The notes: generated by a model not told the origin, from the letters alone. A DNA stretch of 64,000 bases from Balanoglossus misakiensis (GCA_040954595.2 CM082578.2:4446831-4510830), one strand, 5' to 3'; positions 1 through 13,061 are shown, numbered from the stretch's first letter. A program made the numbers and translations.

Positions 1-3000
1 TGCACAACATCCGGAATATAATCAGGGTGGACGCGGAGGGTTGGAGTAGCGCTGATGAATGCTTGAAAGAGAAAGAGATTTAACCACGTCATTTTGTGCT
101 CGTGTATATTTTAAAGTTAATAATTAATGTTAGCAAAGGTAACGTGAGATGGGTAGTTAGCCGTTCTTACATAATTGCAGCCATTGGTGTTACTAACACA
201 ATTAAAAGCTCAAGTCGTGTGATAAGGAACAGTGGCTAAAACTGGTCTACTATGAAGGAACAAAATAACCATAAGGACAGGTGGAAGCCAATCCATTTAT
301 ATACGCACAGCTATCTGCCGTCGATGCCAACTAACAGCAACTATACCGTGTATACACTTACTCGCACAAGTTATTAGTTTTTAAATTTATGATATCACTC
401 TAAAATAATTGAAAATCAAACAGAACTTTGTAGTGCACATTTATTGAAACATCTTGACCATGGCAATACATTTGGTATGTTTAATTAGAAAAGGAGATTA
501 TGTTATCAATTACCTGGATTCGATGGTTGTGGTGTATGCAATGGCATGGGCGTTGTCTCAGGATTTCCAACGGACAGTCCCTTTTCACCAACCCCAAACA
601 ATGCACCTTACAAAGAATCAACATACTCAAATTGCCTAACTAGGTTAGTACGAAAATATACGAATATTTATTTACTATTATTATTATTATTTAGTTTCAC
701 TAGTATTGATTTATTCATGAACCAACAGGTTGCCACAATAACAGGTTCGTTTGAAATAAAATCACTGTACAGAATAAAGTAAGAAAAAAACAGCTGAATA
801 ACAACAGACAAACAAATGAACGTACTGGCAAGACATTGACGTATGAAAGAAAATACGGAACTGTGATAAACACGCATAAATCAAGATATAGAATACAGTT
901 ATTCAGTAAAAAGGAGTTTGTATATTGCATGCCGAAAACTTGTGTAGTTACCAAAAGTATCAACACGTTACCGGGTCGTGGTTTTACGTATCCATGCTTA
1001 AATGTTGTTCGTTTAAATTCTGATGTATTCGTTTGTTTTGTTTTTTAAAAGTCAAATTATCTGACGTGATTGTTTGTTTCCGTTTTATGTTTAATTAACA
1101 TGAGAAAATTGGAAATAAATGCATGCAAACTATACGTCCTTCTTCCCAAGAGTTTGGACAAAGGGAAGGGGTCGTCGCGCCGCGTGCGTGTCCCCCTTGA
1201 TGAGCATAGGTCTTCTCATACTAGCACAAACCTCACTGCAGTCACCACGACCTGCTAGGATCTTCAGTTGCTGTCATGCCCAGTCTACGCTACGGTTGGC
1301 TGCTTCGTTAATTCTAAGAATGATCTAATTTCAGGGATTTGTGGATGAACTGTAATGTTCATAAACAAACAAACGCGCCAACGCGGCGCGACGACTCCTT
1401 CACTTTAAGCTAAGCCTTCGGAATTTGGAAGGCGATAACATAACGTCGGTTTGATCTAAGGGAGAACTATTTGATTTCTGGGGTGGTAAGATTTGGGTAT
1501 GTCAGAAATTTTTTTAACCACTATAACATCAAATGTATTATTTTATTACCAGAGTCAACCTTTTTCTTGAGGGCGTTGCAGCAAGTATTGTTTTTCTCAG
1601 CACCCTCTGCCAACATTGTTATCCAAAATCTATCGGAGATGCTAAAACTCTGACCATGAGCCATTTTGAGGATCACAGCTCGGATACTTTGAGCCAATCA
1701 GAACAGAGTATTTTAGCCCAATCAGAGGCCCAGTTAATCGTCCAATGACGTATTTTTCCCGCCAAAACAAAATTTGTTACTTTTTGGCTGGCGTTTTGTG
1801 CTTGTGTAACCGGTTCTGGAGTGACATTCAATAAAGTTGTTCAAACGTTGTACAGCAGCGTCCCGCTCCTGTAATTTCCCCTGCCATCCCCTCAGAACCT
1901 TTCTCATAATTCACCCCAGACGTATAGTATGTCACCTTTTTGGTGCCGAGACCAGGATTTACCGATTATGATGGCAGAACCAGAGGAACAGGAGCACCCA
2001 GCACCCGCTCAGGCGGTCCCAGGAGCAAACTCGCTCTACAGGCTGAAAGGTACACGAAGGGGTCACCGTGGATCCTTGACAAGACTTCTCAACAAAGCAG
2101 AGGATATCATCTCATCATTTGAAGAGAAAGATGACAAGATCGAAGCTCTCGATACCCTCATCACCACACGTGAACTGATAAACGCGAAATACGACATTCT
2201 CGCATCCCTCGACTTGAAGATCATCGAATCCGTTGACGAAGGCGACCTCGAAGGCGTGATCGAGGAAACCGACGACTACTTGCATCAAGTTTTCGATAGA
2301 AAGCTCAAGATCGGCCGATTCATAGACAGAAATTCGCGAGCGACATCGCCCGACCGATCTTCCCACGAAGAAATCACTTCCGCGGCACCCTCTACTCAAA
2401 GGAAAACTACACTCGCTAACACTCGCAAACAAATCGCACGAGAACACGGTAATAATGAAAGGAAGCTCGGCGACCTACGAAAGGCAATTCTCAAAGAAAT
2501 CGACGCTCTTCAAGCTGGTCTCTCCACCGCTGAATCCGACAGCGATTCTACATACGACGAATGCAAGCCGTCGATGACCGCCGCGTTTCACACCAGATCT
2601 GCAACCCGTTTCGATAGGGTCAATAGACCGAAGTCGTGTGCGTTTTGCAAAGGGCAACATTTTGCCAATGAATGCTCAACCATTACCGATAAGAAGAAAC
2701 GTCTTGACATCGTCAAACGCGATAAACTCTGTTTTAACTGCCTCGGCAGGCATCGAGTACACGATTGTAGATCGAGATTCAGTTGCCGTTCATGCAACAG
2801 AAAGCATCATACCTCGCTTCATACTGATCGAGCTTCGGACAGTTCGAAAACCCCGACGGGAGACGCGCGCACTCCTTCCGCTAAACACGTTCAGTTCGCC
2901 CGTACTGAGAACTCGAGTCGCGAGAAAGCGAGAAAGGGACCAATTCTCCTGAAAACCGCGGTCGTTCCAGTCTCTACTAAATATCAAACGACAATTGACG

Positions 3001-6000
3001 CCACAGTGTTATTCGACGAAGGCGCGACGCGTTCCTTCGTGACCCAAGATTTCGCGACAAGACTCGGTTTAGAACCGACCGGTACCGAAATTATTAGACT
3101 GACTTCCTTCGGTGACAAATATCCACGCAAAAGATCGATGCAGCGACCATTGCGTTGCACACGCTTTCCGGCGAAAAGAAGGAGATAAACGTTCTCATCA
3201 TTCCGCAGATTTCGACGCGAATGACGAACTTTGTCAAGCAACCAGTTGCAAACTTGCCTCATCTACGAGGACTAAACCTTGCTCATCCGGTATCAATTAC
3301 CGATTCATTCGAGATTTACGTGTTAATAGGCGCGGATTACTACTGGGATTTTGTCGAAGGTCGAGTTATTCGTGGCCCAGGCCCAACCGCTGTACGCTCG
3401 AAATTCGGTTACCTACTGTCCGGTCCCGTTCACATGACAAAATCGTCTGATAGTGATGCGACGATTTTTCACGTTCTTTCAAACACGCACGACGAAGAGA
3501 TTCAACTCCAAAATTATTGGAACCTCGAGACAATCGGTATTAAAGACGATTCGCAATCCGGTGATATGGTGATGGCACATATATCGCGAAGTTGCCATGG
3601 AAGTCCAACCACCCGCCGCTGCCCACTAACTACGGCGTCACTGATAATCGCACGCGTTCTATGGCGCGTAGGCTTTCACCGGACATTCTGAAAGTGTATG
3701 ACAAAATTATTTCTGATCAGTAATCGCGAGATTTCATCGAAGAAGTTCCAGGCGACATAGACACGCGCCACACCGGTCACTACTTGCCCCATCGCCCCGT
3801 GAAAAAAGATTCAGCCACTACGCCAATCAGAATCGTGTATGATTGTAGTTGCAGGCAATCTACCGACACACCGAGTTTGAATGACTGCTTGCAAACCGCC
3901 CCGCCTCTGCTCAACGACCTCACAGAAATTCTACTTCGGTTTCGCGTAAACCGCTTTGCCTTTACGAGTGACATAGAAAAGGCTTTTCTACATGTTCGAC
4001 TTGACGAAAGCGATCGTCAATTCACGAAGTTTTTGTGGTTGTCTGATCCTACAGTTCCGGAAAGCGACTTCAAAACATATCGCTTCAAAGTGGTTCTATT
4101 CGGCGCAGTTTGCTCGCCATTTATTTTAAACGCAGTTGTGAAAACCCATCTCGAGTCCGCTCAATCCACGCCAACTTCCATCGATCTCAAAAATAATATC
4201 TACGTTGACAACATACTCAGCGGAGCTGACAGCCCGAGCGAAGCAGTTGACTACTACAGAGAGTTAAACCGTCTGTTAGAATCTAGCGGCTTCAATCTAC
4301 GAAGTTGGTCGAGTAACTGTGAAGATGTTCGCGCACTCGCTGAAAAGGATGATAAACTCGAACGCGCTACTGACGTGAACACACTAGGACTTCGCTGGTT
4401 AACAGAAACCGACGAACTCGCGTACGCAAAGAAGAATCTCCAAATACCGGACAATCTCACCACGAAACGCGAAGTGGTTCGAACCACTGCCAGCTTATAC
4501 GACCCTCTGGGGTATCTCTCGCCAGTTCTCATTGGAGCGAAACTGTTCATACAGCGACTCTGGATAAAAGGTCTCGCCTGGGATGAACCGCTAGAAAACG
4601 AACTCAATAAACAATGGACAGACATCGCCAGAGATATACGCGAAACGACCAAGTTGGAACTCAATCGCCGATATTTTGACAACTCGCCTGTCAATCAAAA
4701 CTATGAGCTCCACGTGTTCGCCGACTCGAGCATGAAGGCCTATGGAGCCGTCGCCTACCTACGACATGCCAATCAAACCGCGGTTGTCATGGCAAATAAT
4801 CGCGTGGCACCTCTCAAAGAGTTCACTCTCCCGCGCCTCGAACTAATGTGCAAGGCTGTTGAAATTCGTCTCAAACGGCCTACAAGGCACAATTCGCATC
4901 ACAGAGAAAATTCTGTGGTCTGATAGTCAAATAGTCCTACATTGGTTGAACAGCGACAAGAAACTTCCGATCTTCATTGTCAATCGTGTAAGAGAAATAA
5001 ACGCGATTTCCTGCACCGCGAAATATTGTCCCACGGGGGACAATCCGGCAGATTTGCTGACCCGCGGGATTTCTACCGCTAATCTACGTGAGTCTGGCCT
5101 TTGATGGAACCACAGGGGCCTCTCCCTCCGCGATTTTGTTTGTTTGTTTGTTTGTTTGTTTGTTTGTTGTTGTTGTTGTTGTTGATGATGATTTTTGGCA
5201 TAATAAACAAATACACATTTCTTTAATAATAAATATGGTTTGTTGACATGTAAGTGTTAGGGTATATTCAACGGTTAGGGTTAGTGTTGGGATTTTTTAC
5301 GATCCACGGCCCCGGGCATCACTAAGCCACAAAGAGAGACAAGGGTGGAAACTAGCCCAGTACGGCAAAACCTGAATGTCTCGTTTCGGAAGGCTAAAAA
5401 CGTTAGTGAGATTCAAATTGGACCAATCAAATAGCATGTTAGTCCTGCAAGGGGACGTTAATCGATTTCAGCCTGGTCTTTTAGCCTTCCGAAACGAGAC
5501 ATTCAGGTTTGGCCGTAACAACTGTACGGATGTCAATGGAGAACGATGTGAAATATCGCCGATTGATACATTTGTACCTTTTCATTCAATTACAGGATAG
5601 ATATAGTAAGTATAGAGTATGTTGTCATTGCAAACGTAATATTTCAATTGTCAGACATTTATTTGTTGTGTTATCTGGACTTGAAAATACGGTGCTAGGA
5701 CCCGGAAATGGGCTAGTTTCCACCCTTGTCTCTCTTTGTGGCTTAGTGATATGTCCGGGGCCGTGGATCGAAAAAAATGCCAACACAAATCCTAACCGTT
5801 GATAATACCCTAACCTGTCGAATATACCCTAACCTTTACATGTCAACAAACCATATTTATTAATAAAGAAATATGTATTTGTTTATTATGCCAAAAATCA
5901 TCATCAACAACAAACAAACAAACAAAATCGCGGAGGGAGAGGCCCATGTGGTGGAACGGCCCACCTTGGCTGAAACAAGGCGACTGGCCTATAAGCGAAG

Positions 6001-9000
6001 TGTTCGACAGCGCGATTCACCATGCACCGATATCGACGGTGAATGACTCGGAACTTCTCCCCGCGAGTAACCTAGTCCCACGAGACGAGACTTCAAGATG
6101 GAAAACTCGCTGATAGTTTGACCGCCAAACCCCAGACAACCGAAATACAACACGCGATTGACGCGAATCGGTTCAGCACGTCGAACAAACTTCTCCGTGT
6201 CACCGCACAAGTGCTAAGATTCGTTTCGAACATAAAACGGAACGGTTCTCGGAAATCCGGTCCCCTCACAGCTGAAGAAATACAACATGCCGAAAACACA
6301 TGGATCAAGGACACCCAACAACAGACTTTCGGCGAAACAGGACAACGAGCCGTCCTGACAAAGCCGCTGAAACTTTTCACCGACGACAGAGACATCACAA
6401 GATGTGATAGCAGACTACAACATAACGCGCCAATCGGCTTCGACGCCAAATTTCCAATTCTGCTACCGCGAAACCACCGATTTACTGAACTCATCATTCG
6501 CGACGCGCATTCGCGTTTACTTCACGCCGGAGTACAATCGACTGTAGCTCATTTACGGCAAAAATTCTGGATACCGAGCCCCACCTTTCAACGTAACCGG
6601 AGTTGACTTCACCGGAGCGTTGTACATCAAATCGCCCAAACCTGTTCGAGAGAAAAAGGTGTATGTCTGCCTATTCACTTGCGCTGTTACACGCGCCGTG
6701 CATTTGGAACTGGTTGACGACTTGTCCGCGAATAGCTTTCTACAAGCATTCCGCCGTTTCGCTGCAAGACGCGCGCTACCGAGCAAAATGATATCAGATA
6801 ACGCGTCTAACTTCGTGTCCGCGGCCGCCGAACTACGCCGTTTATTCGACGCGCCCGAAGTGAAGGCTCATCTCGCCAACAGACGCTGCCAGTGGAACTT
6901 CATCCCGAAACGAGCCCCTTGGTTCGGGGGATTTTGGGAACAGCTGATCGGAATAACTAAGACCGCAATAAAGAAGGTCTTAGGAGGCGCCTACGTGACA
7001 TTCAATGAACTGTATACCTTGCTCACCGAAGTTGAGGCCGTAATATTACGGAATTCTTTTTACCAGCACCAAACGGCAAACTGGCAACATCGTATTTCTT
7101 TCATGCCAGCAACGCGTTATCTCTAAAATTGTAACAACGTCACAATGTACTAGACAAAGAGGCGTCCCCCCATCCCAATTGCGCAGTTGAAGTACGTGCG
7201 TGTTGAGAGAGAGACGTGAACAGAAAGGGGTAGGAGACTGACTTGAACACGGACGACGAGAGTTGTTTAGCGTGTCGAACGCTGCTCTACGAAGCTCGTA
7301 GTTACCTACTGACCGGGACATTTGCGCTTGAACGGACTGGGTTCCTCCCGATTGCCGCACGCCGGCGGGTATGAAAGTGTAGGCTAAGACGTCGATCCAC
7401 CGGCCGGCTGCACTGTTCCCAACATTACCAGCTCCACGCCACTTTGAGCTGCACCGCGGTCGGATATCCCACCCCGGCTGCCGGACAGCATATGAAGGTG
7501 TCTGAGGCCTTTTCTAGTCAAAACTTTGGGGTTTTCGGAATGGGAAATAGCGGAACAAGAACATGGATATATACTAAATCATGAACGCCAAACAAACACG
7601 TTGAAAAAGCCAGATCTGAAAAATTCATGTGGCGTCCGCCGCTGGGCGCATTGACGCGTCAACGTTTTTTTCAAACAACGTAACCTGTCACGATTGCTGC
7701 CACAAACAACAAGTTCGTGCGTAGGTCGAGAAAGTTCTCAAGCGGCCGGGTGATCGCGGCAAGGTTAGCGGCGGCCTCGCACGCCCGAATTTGCCACAAA
7801 ACTATCAGTCCACACAGCAATGCCGTTCAAACTCTTCCGTCGTATTTATTTCAACACAAATTCAGAATACAACACGGCAGTTTGGTACGTCGTCTCTATC
7901 CTACGCTGCTAATTCTCATCTCAATCTCTAAAAAAGTTCAACAGACGGGATACACTGCAACCCGCGGCACTAGGAAAGGCAAAATTCATGTCTCTGCTTC
8001 ACAGGAATCTACCGACCTGAAGTGGGAGGAACCCAGTCCGTTCAAGTACAAATGTCCCGGTAAGAAGGTAACTACGAGCTTCCTAGAGCAGCGTTCGAGT
8101 CGACACGTCTCGCTCAACACGCACGTACTTCAACTGCGCAATAGGGATGGGGGGGGGGCGCCTCTTTGTCTACTAAATTGTGACGTTGTTACAATTTTAG
8201 AGATAACGTGTCGGGCCCCCTCAAAGAAAGCCGGTGGCCCCCTCAAAGAAAGCCGGTGTTGCTAGTTTGGCATTCGTTGCTAGTAAAAAGAATTTTGTAG
8301 TAAACGACCGACCGATCACATATGTATGGCGGCCTGTGGCTGCCAATGCTAAAATGCATAAATATATCTATAGTTTGTGTGTTTTTGTTTGTGTTTTTGT
8401 TTGTTTGTGTGTTTATGTTTGAAAAAAAAATGAAAAGAAATTAAAAACAAAATTGAATAAAAAAAAAAATTGAAAAGAAAAGAAGAAAAAATTAAAAGAA
8501 AATGAAAAGAAATAAAAAAAGAAGTAAAAAAAAAAAAAAAAAAGTTAAAAAAAAAAAAATTAAAGTGAAATGAAATTCAATTCAATTCGTTTTAGCATTG
8601 GACGAGAGCTGCCATAGTTTACCGGCATGCATTTCGGCCACCATAGACATAACACGCGTGGCAGTGGCAGGTCCAGGCCATATCGCAAAGATTTTTTTTT
8701 TTCAGAATGAAAATTTTTTCACCCATGGACTACAGCTGCCATAGTTCATGGACGAAAGCTGCCGTTAGCGTACAGCTGCCACAGTACTGTAAAACACTTT
8801 ATTTTCGCGAGCAATTAATTTTCGCCAAATACGCGAGAGCGAAAAGAGCGTGAAAATAAAAAGTCGCTTAAATTGTTTTGAAGATAACGATGCAGTGAAT
8901 GAGATAAGGGAACGCGAAAATTAATACTCGCGAAGCAGTGGCCTCTATCGATATCTCGAAAATATTGACTCGCGAAAATAAAGTGTTTTACAGTATCTCG

Positions 9001-11645
9001 TGACGATGCTTTGTACAACAACATGAACGGGGCCGGTCGGGCCTGTCATCGATGCATCATCGCCTGTCTCGTAGTATACTATATGTAGCTCTGCGTGGCA
9101 CGGCTGAGCTAGGTTGGGGCCGGCCGGGCCTGTCATGTCTCGTAATAGCTCTGCGTGCTCACGGCATTACTACAAAATTCTTTTTACTAGCAACGAATGC
9201 CAAACTAGCAACACCGGCTTTCTTTGAGGGGGCCACCGGCTTTCTTTGAGGGGGCCCGACACGTTATCTCTAAAATTGTAACAACGTCACAATTTAGTAG
9301 ACAAAGAGGCGCCCCCCCCCCCCCCATCCCTATTGCGCAGTTGAAGTACGTGCGTGTTGAGCGAGACGTGTCGACTCGAACGCTGCTCTAGGAAGCTCGT
9401 AGTTACCTTCTTACCGGGACATTTGTACTTGAACGGACTGGGTTCCTCCCACTTCAGGTCGGTAGATTCCTGTGAAGCAGAGACATGAATTTTGCCTTTC
9501 CTAGTGCCGCGGGTTGCAGTGTATCCCGTCTGTTGAACTTTTTTAGAGATTGAGATGAGAATTAGCAGCGTAGGATAGAGACGACGTACCAAACTGCCGT
9601 GTTGTATTCTGAATTTGTGTTGAAATAAATACGACGGAAGAGTTTGAACGGCATTGCTGTGTGGACTGATAGTTTTGTGGCAAATTCGGGCGTGCGAGGC
9701 CGCCGCTAACCTTGCCGCGATCACCCGGCCGCTTGAGAACTTTCTCGACCTACGCACGAACTTGTTGTTTGTGGCAGCAATCGTGACAGGTTACGTTGTT
9801 TGAAAAAAACGTTGACGCGTCAATGCGCCCAGCGGCGGACGCCACATGAATTTTTCAGATCTGGCTTTTTCAACGTGTTTGTTTGGCTTTCATGATTTAG
9901 TATATATCCATGTTCTTGTTCCGCTATTTCCCATTCCGAAAACCCCAAAGTTTTGACTAGAAAAGGCCTCAGACACCTTCATATGCTGTCCGGCAGCCGG
10001 GGTGGGATATCCGACCGCGGTGCAGCTCAAAGTGGCGTGGAGCTGGTAATGTTGGGAACAGTGCAGCCGGCCGGTGGATCGACGTCTTAGCCTACACTTT
10101 CATACCCGCCGGCGTGCGGCAATCGGGAGGAACCCAGTCCGTTCAAGCGCAAATGTCCCGGTCAGTAGGTAACTACGAGCTTCGTAGAGCAGCGTTCGAC
10201 ACGCTAAACAACTCTCGTCGTCCGTGTTCAAGTCAGTCTCCTACCCCTTTCTGTTCACGTCTCTCTCTCAACACGCACGTACTTCAACTGCGCAATTGGG
10301 ATGGGGGGACGCCTCTTTGTCTAGTACATTGTGACGTTGTTACAATTTTAGAGATAACGCGTTGCTGGCATGAAAGAAATACGATGTTGCCAGTTTGCCG
10401 TTTGGTGCTGGTAAAAAGAATTCCGTAATACATGCACGGCCTCCACCACAGCCCCGGCGCCATAGACATCGACAAAACTGGTGCGTCTGTGGTCCGGATC
10501 CAAACCGCAGCTTTTTAGGCCGGAATTCGATTTTATCGAAACAAAATCCTTTCCCTGTCTATGTCTACCTCCTAACCGACTCCAAATATGATGCGATTAA
10601 CTTGTTCTAACGTCCGAACCGCTCGCGTTCTGATTTATTTGTGTGTGTTTACATGTTGAGATCGCCATATTGTATATAAGGCTAAGTGACAGTACAGCGA
10701 GTTAATCTCCATGGGTAAACATGAAAGTTTTAGAAAGCGAGACGCACCAGTTTTGTCTATGGCGCCGGGGCTGTGGTGGAGGCCGTGCATGTAATGCCGG
10801 GAGCACGCAGAGCTATTACGAGGCATGACAGGCCCCAACCTAGCTCTGCGTGGCAAGGCTGTGTTGTTACGGCGAGCCGTAACCACACAGCCGCGACAAC
10901 CTAAGGGGGAGCGACTGAACAACCTAGTTCGATCAGCGGAAATCAGAACCGCCAAGGGACACACCACAAGACCAGTGAGCAAACTCTTCCCGCTGGAAGT
11001 GAACTCGCGCTCCGTATCGACATGAGCTGAACATTGACTTTGTCTGTGCTTCAATGACATTCAAACATTGAACAATATGATTTTTCTAGTTTACATGTAC
11101 ATGTATTTCAGAGTTTTCTAGTTTATTCTTGATTTCTTGTTCATTTTCGCGGCCCGGGAGAATATCGGAGATGCTAAAACTCTGACCATGAGTCATTTTG
11201 AGGATCACAGCTCGGATACTTTGAGCCAATCAGAACAGAGTATTTTAGCCCAATCAGAGGCGTAGTTAATCACCCAATCACATATCTTTCCCGCCAAAAC
11301 TAAATTTGCTACTTTTTGGCTGGCGTTTTGTGCTTGTGTAATCAGTTCTTGTGTGACCTTCAATAAAGCTGTTTAAAGGTTGTACAGCTGCGTCCCGCTC
11401 CTGTAATTTCCCCTGTCATCCCCCAGAACCTTGTTCATAAATCCACCCCAGACGTAAAGTACGTCACAAAATCCACCACCCACCCCACCTCCAGAAATCA
11501 AATGTCCTCCAACCGTGATTGAGGTGGACAAAAAATACATACCAGTAAATAGTCCAACACCACCACCAGCGAGTATCAGCCCCGTTGTGAGTAAGGCCCC
11601 GATGATAACCTTCCCCCGCCGTTTTTGGCCCGTGTTGACATTTGT
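1..11645 (-). CDS. Tandem gene copy 0 (5' part only; continues beyond the window start): TM exon 11543-11645, stalk exon 514-606, start of domain exon A 1-61. The BEL element sits in the intron after the TM exon
   Basis: Exons align with those of copies 1-3 and have AG/GT borders (ccacag|ACAAAT...ACTG|gtatgt; gtaag|GTGCA...CCAG|gtaatt). About 1 kb of upstream sequence present in the other copies is missing near 11720. Confidence 0.6.
1631..1936 (+). repeat. BEL 5' LTR
   Basis: Direct repeat of 11163-11468, begins TATCGGAGATG, contains AATAAA. Confidence 0.9.
1941..1959 (+). promoter_or_regulatory. Primer binding site, tRNA-His type
   Basis: TGGTGCCGAGACCAGGATT, 4 nt after the LTR, one mismatch to the recalled complement of a tRNA-His 3' end (TGGTGCCGTGACCAGGATT). 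Confidence 0.75.
1968..3691 (+). pseudogene. BEL gag-protease remnant (three Cys/His zinc knuckles, aspartic protease), frameshifted and internally deleted
   Basis: CAFCKGQHFANEC, CFNCLGRHRVHDC, CRSCNRKHHTSLH, LFDEGATRSF, LIGADYYW in ORFs 1929-3188 and 3155-3691. Confidence 0.88.
3784..5110 (+). pseudogene. BEL reverse transcriptase and RNase H (Peptidase_A17-type region) remnant
   Basis: PHRPV..RIVYDCS, DIEKAFL, YVDN, YDPLG, LHVFADSS, WSDSQIVL, NPADLLTRG; frameshift near 4850. Confidence 0.9.
5111..5950. mobile_element. Non-autonomous foldback DNA transposon (P-element-like CA..TG ends)
   Basis: Ends CACAGGGGCCTCTCCCTCCGCG and CGCGGAGGGAGAGGCCCATGTG, about 250-bp imperfect inverted arms, probable 7-bp TSD (ATGGAAC/GTGGAAC) interrupting the BEL WWNGP motif. 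Confidence 0.8.
5951..7045 (+). pseudogene. BEL integrase remnant (partial H2C2 zinc finger and rve core)
   Basis: HSRLLHAGV..LRQKFWIP, GVDFTG, CLFTCAVTRAVHLELV, ISDNASNF, APWFGGFWE; the frame resumes at 8301 (NDRPITYV) and near 10919 (LVRSAEIRT..RPVSKLFPLEV). Confidence 0.9.
7046..8300 (+). mobile_element. 1.25-kb non-autonomous TIR element with TA TSD (Tc1/mariner-like), copy 1
   Basis: Imperfect TIRs TTACGGAATTCTTTTTACCAGCA and CTACAAAATTCTTTTTACTAGCA, TA at 7044-45 and 8301-02; removing it restores integrase EAVINDRP. Confidence 0.85.
8787..8993. mobile_element. MITE with TA TSD
   Basis: TIR CTGTAAAACACTTTATTTTCGCGAG at both ends, flanked by TA. Confidence 0.85.
9107..10844. mobile_element. 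Foldback element (TAG..CTA motifs, possibly Academ-like) interrupted by the 1.25-kb element
   Basis: Left arm 9107-9169 plus 10431-10487 is the reverse complement of 10741-10844. Confidence 0.6.
9170..10428 (-). mobile_element. 1.25-kb TIR element, copy 2, inverted relative to copy 1
   Basis: Near-identical reverse complement of 7046-8300, with its own TA TSD (9168-69, 10429-30). Confidence 0.88.
11163..11468 (+). repeat. BEL 3' LTR
   Basis: Repeat of 1631-1936, ends GTCACA, preceded by GCGGCCCGGGAGAA (PPT position). Confidence 0.9.
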
Positions 11646-12752
11646 CTGTGGAGCAAACCCAATAATTATATATATTAAGATACAGGAACCACATACGTTC
11701 ATTTAAAAATGAACAATAGCATGAAAAAAGTTTAAAAAGAGCGACTTTATCTCTTTAAGGTATGTTTGAAATTACTCGTGAGGACTATTTTGCTCCGACT
11801 GAAGTAGTTTGATGTAACCTATTAAATTCTTTCAGAAATTGTTTTTGACTGAGCGATTAAAACTGCCTAATTAATACCGCAGAAATATTTTCTCAGGTTT
11901 GGTACGACGTCGTCCTAAATCCGAAGACAGCTTTATGTTTACCACGGCGAATATCTTCATAAACAAACATTTCATATCACGCAGTTATTACAGGCAGATG
12001 GTATGCAACTACAATTTTTGTACGTTTCAAGTCTATAATCGCGCGTTTCACTTACCTTATCCCTAAATGGTGCTACTTTACTGCGTTTCATCGCGGAAGT
12101 GAAATAAATCCTGTTTCGTCCCCTTCCTTTCTATCACAGTGCTTCACTTTTGAGGAGCTTCTCTGACCTGGGTCGACGTCGGCAAGTCTCGCGATATCAA
12201 ACAAGTGCATCTAGTTTTATTCTCTGTTTTCAAAGTGACCCGCAGCACATTTAGAATATTGCAAAGACTGGGTAGGTTTTGAGGGCTATGGTGTTTATTG
12301 TCTGTCACCGACGGTCATACCACTTTGAACACAGGAAAAATAACTTTGGGCAGAAAAACGTAGCCAGGCAACACAAAATTTCTTAAGAATTGTATAAAAC
12401 GTTCATTTGTTCAGGTATAAGTATCTTAGTATGAACTAGTGGAACACTATTCACTATTTTAAAAAGAACATAGCCCAGCGTGTCATGTTTCAATTGAGAC
12501 TACCGTGTATTGGGTAGAATGCCTCATAATACTTACTAGAGCTATTCCTTGGGTAATTGAATAGTATAAATATAATGCGCTCTGACAAATGAGAGGATTG
12601 GAGGTTTACCTGTTCATTCTTTTCCACCTACTTATTACAGTAAGCCACGCAAGAAGGCATGCTTTCATGGTACAATGAGGTTTAAAATAGTGTTAAAAAT
12701 TTGCCACAGGCCTGCCTACTCAAGTTGCTCGCTTCAGTAATCCCCAATGTTC

Positions 12753-13061
12753 TGTTACGGCTGGTCCGGTTGGTACTTTAACTTTGCAGTAGCAAAGAGG
12801 TGCGGGATCTACCAAAATAGAGACGGTTGTCTGCAAGATGGTTGTTCTACTCAAAGCAAGAAATTACAGAGTTTATATGTCTTTGAGAAAGAAGAGAAAT
12901 CAAAGATTCATCCTAGCGTGATCCTCATTGTCCAATTACAACTTTACAACACATCGGCATATTCTTGATTGTCCAATTACAAAATTATTACACAATAAAA
13001 TGTCCTTCGGATTGGCTGTCGGTTCTCAAAGAAGAAATTATCTCTGTCAAGATCAAGACCA
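12753..13061 (-). repeat. Gypsy 3' LTR, truncated
   Basis: Matches 25263-25629 with a gap of about 65 bp; the remaining U3 portion is absent. Confidence 0.8.

Larger units (their letters stand above)
1631..11468 (+). mobile_element. BEL/Pao LTR retrotransposon, degenerate, with nested insertions
   Basis: 306-bp LTRs at 1631-1936 and 11163-11468, 5-bp TSD AAATC (1626-1630, 11469-11473; empty site visible at about 34264-34280), PBS at 1941, BEL-type gag/protease/RT/RNase H/integrase fragments. Confidence 0.95.

Noticed and set aside
1160-1460. Possible small exon near 1380-1457
   Set aside because: Stops in all frames of the paralog checked; it is one arm of an old inverted repeat (GGGTCGTCGCGCCGCGT versus ACGCGGCGCGACGACTCC)
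5111-5117. CAC terminus as a Transib/ProtoRAG RSS-like end
   Set aside because: No 5-bp TSD for a CAC start, no nonamer and no RAG-like ORF
7717-8265. 182-aa ORF (mirrored at 9287-9757) as a transposase
   Set aside because: GTG start, no DDE or HTH motif; duplicated only because the element is duplicated
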